From Octopus sinensis (taxonomy: Eukaryota): a stretch of 33,000 nt of DNA. Under the pieces are notes generated by a model. It saw nothing but the letters and a program-made list of their open reading frames with translations, was not told the DNA's origin and ran no database searches. A program made the position numbers and the translations under genes. The number at the start of each line of letters is the position of its first letter. The stretch's first letter is position 1. The stretch lies in NCBI RefSeq assembly GCF_006345805.1, contig NC_043001.1, forward strand, positions 41,416,001 through 41,449,000. The letters run 5' to 3'. This document shows, one piece after another, positions 1 through 10,165 of this stretch.

Positions 1-750
1 TAAATCCTCTGTAGGGTTGCTTAATGAACTTTAAAAAAGTTTTGCATATTTTTACTTCCCTGATACCCTGATAGAAGTAGCAGAACATATTAAATATTTC
101 TATTCTTTAATCAAGAACCTCTAGGTTTTAAGGCTATTGTTTAAAATTTTGCTATCATAATCAAGTGCAATAATAATTATAGATAAGAACATTAAACTAT
201 AATCAGAGTATAGTATCTGTAATTTCTAAAGTAATTATAATAAATTTTATTTATTTATTTATTTATTTAGATTCTTACATCTATCTGTTAAAGAGCTAAT
301 TTCCACAATGTCAGAAGTTTTGTTTTCTTCTATTTTAGATTACTATTGAGTCTATTGTGTTTATATTGATAAAAATCTGACACCTACACCCTGTGGGCAA
401 TCTTTCCGACAGATAACATATTGTTTTCGCAATAACATAATGCCTCAAAGGAAAGTAAAACCATGACATTTTGCGGTAACTGCTGATTATATGTTTTATA
501 TCCTGTAAAGAAAGGTAGTACTGTCAAGATTTTCGGTTACTCCTTGGGGCTTAATGGCTTAACTACCTCTTTTCATTGAAAAAAATATCTTGCAGCTATC
601 TCTTGGATTGCAAAAGTATAACCTTTAAAACATGATGTAATTATCAGCCACTTGTCTTAGAGAAGCTACACTCACTGTCAATGTTGGCATTATTCTCAAG
701 TTCACAGGATGCATGCACTTGCATAACTTTTTATTAGTATTCATTGTATT

Positions 751-781
751 ACACACACACACACACTTTGCATTATGGATG

Positions 782-812
<31 letters not shown>

Positions 813-820
813 TGTGCATG
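751..820. repeat. (CA)n/(TG)n microsatellite
   Basis: Direct reading: (AC)8 at 751-766, then an interrupted (TG)n at about 780-818. Confidence 0.95.
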
Positions 821-1922
821 TGTTTATATAAGACTGCACTCTCTCAACAATCTTAAAACTACAAGCTGCAGATTAAAGATTTATTAATAAAGCTAGGATT
901 ATATTTAAAATTACTGCTTCACAAACAGGAAAATCTTTTCTTCAATAGACACCAAATGAGTAAGAAAAGTGAGATTTTATTTTTAAACAAAAGAGTGAAA
1001 ATTGCAATCTCACAATATATTATTTTGAAAACAATATTATTTATTTTATAATTAAGAATACAAAAAATTTCAATAATATAAAAAAAAATCTTGCTTTTAG
1101 CATTTAAGCTTAAAATATTTTTGATTTACCGTTTCTCTTTTCTTTCCATAAGTATTACATGTTTGTAGAGAGTGAAGAAGTAAACATACAGTAGCAAAGA
1201 AACCCAAGTAGGAAACTGCTAGAAAAACTACCCCTCCTCTGCACACTGACATTAAAAGTGTGATGATATTAAAATAATGCAAGTAGGCATTTTAGTGAAG
1301 TTGCTGTTAACTTGCCAGAACTATTCTGACAAATGCACATACATTTGATCAAAACCTGCAGCATTCCCTCATGGACAAATGCATTTCATATTGAAAAGTT
1401 AATACTTAAAAATGCCTGACAAGGATGAATCAAAATAGCTAAAAATGTGAAGTGACTTGAAAAAGCATTAAAGAACACAACACATTTTATACTTCATTGA
1501 ACACTGAAAAAATATCACAAGTCATTTTCTTTGTTAATAGTTGCATTTATTTTTATTCAGTATGTTAGCACTTTGAAATCCCAATATTAAGAAAATCAAT
1601 TTGAAATTATATTAATATTTAAATATAATTCCTCACCTTTTGTTTATTACAAATATTGTACAACTTGCCATAATGTTTAATATAAACACATCACTGAACG
1701 GCAAATTTACTGTGGCTATTTATCTGGAGATATCTCTTACGGATATGCTGTATTTAAAAATGCAATGTGGTTAGCCATAACCTGGGACATAACTGAGAGC
1801 TACCAAGTATCTGCCTGGATAATATATCCCTCTAAACTCACATACATACATAGTGTAAAATTCCGTGATGTTAAGATCAACAAAAAGGCACTCCATCTGG
1901 TGAGAGATAAATATTATTTGAT

Positions 1923-3513
1923 AAACACAATATATGTTTTTATGTGCTACTATTAATTTTATGCAATGAGAGCATGCCAGACACTATTTTATAACAGTGT
2001 CTCAGCACAATCTTCAGCATTGCTCACATAACAAACTAGAAATATGATGATAGGATGAGAGAAAAAGTGAGAAAGAAGAAGATATAAAAGGTTGTAGCGG
2101 TATCTGACATCCTCACTGTTTGAGAGACACGGCAGGAACGATCTCGTTTGAGATTACAGCCATCTTTGGCCGAGTTGTTCCTGTTGTGTCCACTGAATTG
2201 ATTGGTTGAGATGTGGCGCAATTTGTCTCTACTTATTTCGCGCCACTGTCCAAAGCCAACCAATCACGGCCTTTGGTTAAGGTCCCTTTTCCTAGGCTCT
2301 GTTGAGCCACCTTTCTTGTATATAGAGGATTGTTCTCAGTATACTTGGTCTTTGACTCCAGACCTTCTAAGGTCTGGTCACTGACCACAGAGCTACTCAA
2401 CATGTTTCAGTTCCAGCGACAGATGCTTGCTACTGCTACAACCAGCGATGACGCTAACATACACCAGCACCGCAGAATGCCTTCTATCTCACCGCCATCG
2501 TCACCATCATTGTACCAACTTCAAGTCGTCTCTACCATCGTCCACTTTAGATATGTACACACCAACTTCACAGACCCACGCTGTTAGAGTGAATCCCTTC
2601 ACCAAGTAAAACAGTCCATCTGAAGAATTCTATATTAGGAGAACCAGCTCGGAGATTGAGACCATAACCGCGGCTCGACAATATTCGCCCAACCGGTCTC
2701 CGCCCGAGACACATCTTGATATGGAACTCTTACATATCGTGTACCTTATGAACTGTAAACCAATTTCCATCATTAACTCTACGCTCTGTACTTTCTGTGT
2801 CACACGCATTCACCTTCATTTGTATCTGTCACACACACAAACACACAGACACAAACACTTGTTGCATGCACACATACACAACACTTGCTAGCACTCACAA
2901 CCCTCTAACCTTAACACCTTGTAAATAAAATCTTATCTTCTCTCAAACAGTGGAACGGCTTGTCGTCATTCATCTATATTCTGTTGGCACTGCGTTGTAT
3001 AAATTGTATTTATGGCTTATCTTATTTCGTTAGGGATGCGACCGTGTGACTTACCTATGTCGCCAACCTCCACATACGGTCGTATTACCTACAAGGTGGA
3101 AGGTTGAAATACTGGAAAATGAAAAAGGAAAAAGCAAGGGAGTGGGGATTAGTTATTTCCTCTTTGATTGTGAATAGGAAAGGCTGAAAAGATAGTGCTG
3201 TTCAATTCGGAAAGAGTGGTAGTTTCCAATTCATCAACAGGAACTTAACGATATGCTTACAACCACTGAAGGAGAAATAACTAATTCCCCTTTCGCTTCT
3301 TTGTTTTCTTTTTCATTTTCTGGTTTTCCAACCTTCCACCGTTTAAATCTATTTTCTTGCATTTTCTCTCATCTTATCATCCTATTTTTAGTCTGTTATG
3401 CCATGTAGGCAATGCCTGAAGATTGCGCTGAGACACCAGACGTGTTAAAAAATACTGTCTGGCATGCTCTCATCGCACAAAACTAATAATTGTACATAAA
3501 AACATATATTGTG

Positions 3514-3516
<3 letters not shown>
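1923..3516. mobile_element. Old fold-back element, probably an inverted pair of Penelope-type pseudo-LTRs, interrupted by a solo LTR
   Basis: Left arm 1923-2092 plus 3094-3160 aligns to the reverse complement of 3271-3516 once 2093-3093 is removed. Example: cataacaaactagaaatatgatgataggatgagagaaaa vs cataacagactaaaaataggatgataagatgagagaaaa. Spacer is about 110 bp and the right arm ends at (TA)n 3518-3552. The inverted repeat is seen directly; the Penelope assignment is inference. Confidence 0.75.
2093..3093 (+). mobile_element. Solo LTR (1001 bp), probably Ty3/Gypsy-type
   Basis: Starts TGTAG and ends CTACA (5-bp terminal inverted repeat). Exact 4-bp direct repeat AGGT at 2089-2092 and 3094-3097. 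TATATA 2319-2324, AATAAA 2924-2929. CpG-richer than the flanks. The two flanks rejoin into one arm of the fold-back element. Confidence 0.85.

Positions 3517-3517
<1 letters not shown>

Positions 3518-3552
<35 letters not shown>
3518..3552. repeat. (TA)n microsatellite
   Basis: Direct reading. Confidence 0.95.
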
Positions 3553-3556
<4 letters not shown>

Positions 3557-5469
3557 GAGGGAAATGAAAATTGTCTCAGCAGTAGCTAGCCAAAAAACAA
3601 GATGTATTTCTGCCTCAATGGACATTGTCAACAGTATGTACCTACAGTCAGTCACATGTGGCTGCTGAGATGGTTTTCATCACCCTCTGATAATATATTG
3701 TTTTTAAAAACAGCACATTCATAAGAAATAATATCCCTGGGGAAATACTGCAGTAAATTTATCTTTCAATAATGTATTTACATTAAGTAGATGTAAATAA
3801 CTATTTTAATCCTGAACTGTCTCTTGCAGATAACAAACTGTATAACTAAAACTTGCATTTTATTAACAATGAGTAGTTTTCTATAGGTACATCACTGTGC
3901 CTTTAGAGAGGTCATGGTAGTATAAAATGTTTGATGATATCTGTGATAGATTGTAATTTATTCAAGGAAGATTCATCATTTTAAAAAATTCTTTATGTAA
4001 CTTAATTTGGGCCTAAGCACTATATTTATGAAGCTCTGGAGTTGAAGATGACATTTATACTTCATCAAGTAGTCACAAAGTCTTAGGCAAGAAGAAATTG
4101 GTAGGTGTATCATTAATACCTATATAATGTTAATGAAAGTGCCAGCAGTTCTAAGTTGAAATGTAAAGTATGTAGCAGAATAAATTTAAAAAGAGAATAT
4201 GTCTCTGCAGTACAATCATCAAAAGAACAACAACAATAAAAATAATTATACTGATATCTCAGAGAACAAACAGGTCACAAATTTGGAGGTATGGAATGTT
4301 AGTTGAATAAACAATATATGGCTAGCACTTAATTTGTCAACCTTGGCAGATTTGATCTCAGAACATAAAAAGGCATAAATAACTATCAAAAATGTTTTAG
4401 TCTTGCACTACAATTTCTTGTTACTCCATCACACTATGTTGATTTGTCCTATTAGCACAAGAGCAATATTTAATGAAGAAGAGATCAAGTTAATTGAATG
4501 ACTTACTTAATGCTCAGTACTTACTTCACTGTCCCCAGAAAATAGAAAGCAAGGACAACCAAGATAGAATGTTAACTTTGCATTTAAAACAATGAAACTA
4601 AATTCTATGCAGCATTTTGTCCAATGCTCTACAATTTCCACTCCTCTTTAATAATAATGATGTAAAGTCATGAGTTATAACGAAGAGAGTGTAGTGATCT
4701 CCATATATGCAGTGGAGTTTTGGTAGTTCACTGTTGTCTTCTGGCTTATTGAACCAAACAAAGCACAATGCTTCTCAGTCATACACTGGCCACATAAAAA
4801 TTCAGAGAACTCAATCTATCTCTCCTTAGTAAATGCAAACATAGCAAGCTATTTTTGCACTTTCTTTAAACAGAATTAACCAGTATGGAAATGGTCTTTA
4901 TACTTCCCTTCACTTTGTTCCAACAGAAGAACACATTTTTGTTGAATGAAACATCAAATTGCTATATTTCTATTCTACCAAGTCATGCCCATTGTTTCCA
5001 CTTATTTTACCTTCAGTTACATTTTCCACTATGAATGTAACATAAAAATAACATTAATTCAAGAACATGTGTTTAACGCCACTTCTAAAACATGCTGAGC
5101 TCAAATTGCTTTTTATTTGTGTCCCATTGAAAATTTTTACATTTCCTTGTTTGAATTACTATATTATTCAAACACATAATCAGTAACTTAAAGAAATGAA
5201 TGCCAACTTTTAAACACATTGGTGTTATGAAGAAAATAAGAGCCTTAATATATAAAATATTTTGTTGTTATAGATCACGTACATGTTTCCCACAAGCTTC
5301 ATTATATTAATCAGTACAAGCCTGATTTTACATGTGTGTGTATGAGGGGGGGGTGAGAAGCTTGCATGGCATCTTAAGCAAGTGCTTTGTACTTTAGCCC
5401 AAAGGGCAAGTAAAGCCTCATGAGTGATTTTGGTAGGGAGAAACTGAAAGAAGCCTGTCATATATATAT

Positions 5470-5578
5470 TAAACCTTCCTTCTTTCCTTCTTTCTTGAAC
5501 GTCCAATACTACTATATTTGTTCCATGTCCTCGCGTTGTTGTGTTTTTTGTGCTTTCTTGTTTGGATTAACTTTATAT
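5470..5578 (+). repeat. Fragment of a dispersed repeat ending in (TA)n, possibly a pseudo-LTR tail
   Basis: aaaccttccttctttccttc...gtcctcgcgttgttgtgttttttgtgc...ggattaac(ta)n resembles a recalled octopus dispersed repeat; not verified by search. Confidence 0.35.
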
Positions 5579-6121
5579 ATATATATAAAAGAAATAATTG
5601 AGATTGTTGAAGCGCCAAGTCAGTCAGGTATTATCTGCACAGCTTGAAGTAAGGTGAATAAATTATAAAAAAAAAAGCAACAGGATATCAAGAAGTGATG
5701 CAGTACAACAGTTTCAAGTGGCTCCATTTAATTGAACAATGTAATCATTACATCAATTTAAATGCAGGATTATCAGCTGCACAAATAAATAGAATTTTAA
5801 CCAGTTGGACACATTAATATGTATATAAACACACACGATACATATATTAAAGCCTCTGTTAAAGTATTTGAGAAAAATCATATTAATGTGTCCAACTGGT
5901 TAAAATTCTATTTATTTGTGCAGCTGATAATCCTGCATTTAAATTGATGTAATGATTACATTGTTCAATTAAATGGAGCCACTTGAAACTGTTGTACTGC
6001 ATCACTTCTTGATATCCTGTTGCTTTTTTTTTTATAATTTATTCACCTTACTTCAAGCTGTGCAGATAATACCTGACTGACTTGGCGCTTCAACAATCTC
6101 AATTATTTCTTTTATATATAT
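5579..6121. repeat. Perfect inverted repeat, 243-bp arms (5579-5821 / 5879-6121) with a 57-bp spacer; probable inverted pseudo-LTR pair
   Basis: Arm 2 read as the exact reverse complement of arm 1, including the A10/T10 run. Paired coordinates sum to 11700. Both outer ends are TA repeats. Confidence 0.92.
5918..6002 (+). ncRNA. Decayed type I hammerhead ribozyme motif (mirror copy 5698-5782 on the minus strand)
   Basis: gtgcag|CTGATAA|long hairpin|GAAAC-tgtt-GTA|ctgcat. Stem I (gtgcag/ctgcat) is in exact register around the core. The core has G8 changed to A and no canonical stem II closing pair. Confidence 0.55.
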
Positions 6122-6122
6122 G

Positions 6123-6881
6123 ATAACACTGACATCTCATTTTAACAAATATATTTACCAAAATTACATGAAAATACCTTGAAATGCTAAAGGATATATT
6201 CGATAAAATCGCCATTGGCTTCCAGGCAACTTTGGAATTTCCTGCAATTCTTTTGGACAGTTTCTTTGTTTAAGTTGATGAATGCTGCCATAATCCTTGC
6301 CTTCAGTTATTCTTTGGTGTTACAAGGAGTTTTGTTGGTCTCTCGCTCAACTGTGCCCCACACATATAAATCTAGGAGTTTGCAGTCTGAGGAGTTAGGT
6401 GGCCAGATGTTAGGGGTGATGTGGTTGTAGAAATTGTTGACAGCCATGACATAGTCTTCCAGCAGCCACTCTCTTGACCCAGGCCAGCACTACCTCCTCC
6501 AGGCACTTGATGTAAGCCTCCGTGTTGAGTCTGAGACCATGTGTGAAGATGAATAGAGACATAATGTTGCCATCACTAGTGATCACTTCAAAAACCATGA
6601 TGTTAACTGGATGTTTGATTCTTATCACATTTGATACATGTCCTTAGATTGACACCCAAACACTCTGAGATGTTCATATTGAAGCTTCCGGTGCAAATGC
6701 CAAGCAGTACAGCATTTTGTTTCCAAATTTCTGGCAGAGTGAATTGCATCATGGTGCTGTTTTTCTCAGACGGTTCCCAGCTGACCCTACTATAATGTGT
6801 AGCCAACAAAATCAAAACCAAACAATGCACATGTACGAAATTAAAAATACAAAATTGCAACAATTTACTCATCACACCCTA
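6123..6881 (-). mobile_element. Internally deleted Tc1/mariner-superfamily DNA transposon (DDD-type, maT-like), lacking its left TIR
   Basis: Minus-strand peptides KHPVNIMVFEVITSDGNIMSLFIFTHGLRLNTEAYIKCLEEVVLAW and NHITPNIWPPNSSDCKLLDLYVWGTVERETNKTPCNTKE*LKARIMAAF...ANGDFIE. The region expected to hold the second catalytic Asp is deleted. Right end reads caccctaTA at 6875-6883. Confidence 0.8.
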
Positions 6882-6883
6882 TA

Positions 6884-6957
<74 letters not shown>
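6882..6957. repeat. Compound (TG)/(TA)/(CA) microsatellite between two mariner-family ends
   Basis: Direct reading. Confidence 0.95.
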
Positions 6958-7652
6958 CAGGGTGATTGGAAAGTAATACCCTATTTTAAAATGCTCATAA
7001 TTTATTTATTAACTATAATTTTTTTTCTCAAACTTGTTGTGTATGTTCTTTAATGTATGGGAATTGATTCCATGTTGTTCTTTTTTCAGATAGATTATTT
7101 TGTTTGATATTTAGAAGCCCTACAAACAGCTAGCAGCACATTACGAAGTTTGGAGATCAGTTGTTCAAGTGCAAAGATGGTGGAGGACCATTAGAGGAAG
7201 ACATGCTCAAATTGATGCAAAGATAATCAAGAATTGCCATGCAAAATTCATGACTACAGGATTTGTAGCTGATACTTGAAGTGGTCGACCTTCCAATTCA
7301 TCAAGGTCCACATGACTGGCTGGCCAGAAGCCCTGATTTAACACCCTGCGACTGTTTTCTTTGGGGTTGGTTAAAGGAGGAAGTCTTCTCTACCAAACCA
7401 ATGACTTTGGAAGAACTTGAAGGGTGAATACGAGAAGTTATGTCTTTCATTCTACAAGAGTTCCTGGGGAAATCAGTTGATGTGGTTCCCAGGTGGCTTC
7501 AGAAACTGGTGGTGAATGCTGATGCCTATATCAAATTTTAAATAAAATCCCATGCTATGCACTTTCTTTACATATTCGTTTTTTCTAAAAATTATAGTTA
7601 ATAAATAAATTATAAGTATTTTAAAATAGGGAGTTACTTTTCAATCACCCTG
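6958..7652 (+). mobile_element. Non-autonomous Tc1/mariner element (695 bp) with TIRs of about 65 bp
   Basis: Left TIR cagggtgattggaaagtaataccctattttaaaatgctcataatttatttattaactataatttt matches the reverse complement of the right end. TA at 6956-6957. An N-terminal HTH-like piece (YEVWRSVVQVQRWWRTIRGRHAQIDAKIIKNCHAKFMTTGFVADT*SGRP, from 7142) is fused to a C-terminal piece (HDWLARSPDLTPCDCFLWGWLKEEVFSTKPMTLEELEG*IREV...YIKF*, 7311-7540). Confidence 0.9.
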
Positions 7653-8049
7653 AATATATGATTAGTTTCAGATTTTCTTTGAAGTAATTTACTTATTTCC
7701 TAACAGTATGGAAGCATAATAAACAGTACATATTCATTAGTCATTGTTGTCAATATTTTTATGCATTTTCATTATTTTTTATTCACACTACCACACCTAG
7801 ATGGTCTGGCACTATCAGATCCCCAACTACCCTACATCCACTTGCCACAGTAGCAGAGGTTGAACATTTTTACTGTATTGCTTTTTCCACATTTATTAAT
7901 TACACCGGCATAAAGTTTTGGTACTTCTCAAATAGCAGAAATGCTTGACTCTTCTGTATAACTCAAAATAGTAGAGAAACATTTAAAATCCTAATGAAAT
8001 AACTAGCACTGATAAGTTGTTCAAAATACAACACAAGATGTTATCTTCC

Positions 8050-8930
8050 ACTTCTAACTTATGTCAGCCGTCCAGCCTAGAATCTAAATTCTAATTTCAT
8101 TCTGAAAAGGGCATGAATGACCACATAGAATTCATTCCTTTTACTAATTACCCCCTCCTCTTTACTGGGATATCAGTGCCAAAGACTTATAGTTACCTCT
8201 TTTTTCATCCATCACTAAAGACATTTTATTCACCTCTCACTGAAATTTTCATCTTCAGTAACTTTGACACTTAGCTGTCTGATTCTTTCCCTACTAACAC
8301 TATTGGTACAGAATATGAATCATGTATCATCCTAAATTGTTTGCAGTAGTTAGTCTACCTCTGACCATCACACCAACTTATCTTTTCTTTACCTCTGAAC
8401 CCATCCTTTGTTCTGTGCTCACAATCTCTGTTCTCATTGGATTAGCTGATCACTGTTTAAACAAAGCAAACCATCTCATAATATCATACCACATAACCCT
8501 TGAGTCCTCTGGTATTCAAGTCAGTTACAATAAACCTCCCCATCTATAATATTGCCAATACTGCATTCCAAAAATCAGTCTTCATCTTCAGAACCAGAAA
8601 ATACTTCTCTAACCAGTGGCTAATGTACAAAACTTGGGATTACTCAGAATATTGCAACAACATACAAAAGCATCTTAGAATACATTATAGATAATAGCAA
8701 TTTACAAAGATTCACTTAACTACCACAAACCCTAACAGAAGTATTGTTTTTCTTCATTACCTCATGTAGTTACTAAAACAGTTTCTGTTTTTCTTAATTG
8801 GCAAGTTTTAAATTACCTCTACCAATCTCACCTAATGTGCCTGCCACTCCTCTCCTTGTTTTCTTTATTATGTTCCAACCATAAACACCACACTAAACAC
8901 TTTGTTTAATCCTTTCTCCTCTCTTTGATT
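8050..8930 (+). mobile_element. Highly decayed CR1/L2/Jockey-group LINE ORF2 C-terminal fragment
   Basis: ORF 8500-8694 contains NIANTAFQKSVFIFRTRKYFS...LMYKT...EYCNNI, resembling the post-RT region (IAKTASQKLGFLFRARKYF...LYKA...LEYCSHIW) of these LINEs. Boundaries are approximate. Confidence 0.5.
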
Positions 8931-10120
8931 TTTCTATACATATATATCAACCTACAGAAGTTCAAGTTCAACACTAGCCTACACATTTAGGAGGGCTTTC
9001 AAAAGTTATGAGTATTCACTTTCAATTTGGGAAAAAAAAATTTTTTACTACAACTTGGAATATGACTGCTTGGCATTCTTTTTACATATTAGGTAAGTCA
9101 ATATTACTATCCTGGATTGGCAAGAAAAATGGAAAACTGTATGGTAATTTCACATGAACAGTAAATTTTCTCAGTTATACAAATGAAAATCTATGCTGGT
9201 ATCAAGAAGAAAAACCAATAATTAGATAATTTGTCTAAATTCAGGAAAAAAAATTGACAAAAGCTATTAGGAGTGGCTTGAGGTTGTTGGTTTTGCAACA
9301 CTCCTTAAACATATCAAAATACATCTAATTAATACAATTTAAAGGCCTGTAAAATGTAATAATTACATAATTCCGGTCCAAAATATATTGACATTACAAT
9401 TTTCAGAGATAGTAGAACTGTTAAGAAGCTGCTAATATCAGTGTTAATTGATAACAAACCACAAAATGCCTTTACTATAAAGAGTCATTTTTTTTATGAA
9501 TGGTGGGTAAAAACTGATTAAACTAATCTCAGTAAATCATTATTTATTTTATTAATTGCCTGCAATAAGATTTGAACTAAAATGAGTGCAGTATCAAACT
9601 AAATACCATAAATTATGTAGATTACTCATACTGACCTGAACCTTTCATGATATTTAATCACAAGCAATATAAACTCAAAATAACACAATTTACCAAAGGT
9701 GACATTTCCTAGGGAGGCTGGGTAAAATAGAAGAAGTCAGTCTGACAAATTTTAGAAAATATCACCGCCAAGAAGGTCTGATGACAAGAGATGTTATAAG
9801 AGAGCTCAATCTGAGTTTAAAACATGTTCAATTATGCATTGAAGATAAAACATACTATAAAATAAGGCCACAGTTTCAGTTCAAAACTCTTTTAGCCCTA
9901 AAACTTATTTTACACATTTAGTTGTTATAAATTACCTTGTCATCAAGGTTTAAAGGGTTCAAAAAGAACTGTTTGTGAGCAAGTTTATGCCCTATAAACT
10001 TTTTATGATTCACTTAATTCTTTAGGCATTTTAGAGCAGTGTTAATCTGCATATGTAACTGAGAGCAAATACAACATTACCATCATTGGTTTTACAGGTT
10101 ACCTAACTCTTAATATTATA

Positions 10121-10165
10121 CAACCCATACTGGCATGGAAAACGGACGTTAAACGATGATGATGA
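10121..10165 (+). mobile_element. Extreme 3' end of the RTE LINE family
   Basis: caacccatactggcatggaaaacggacgttaaacgatgatgatg is near-identical to the RTE 3' end at 31493-31540. Confidence 0.8.

Noticed and set aside
385-717. Possible minus-strand exon pair (717-676 and 502-385) giving HASCELENNANID-R-YKTYNQQLPQNVMVLLSFEALCYCENNMLSVGKIAHR
   Set aside because: Phase-compatible with a good intron, but the upstream acceptor is poor, a second frame is also open, and the peptide is not recognised.
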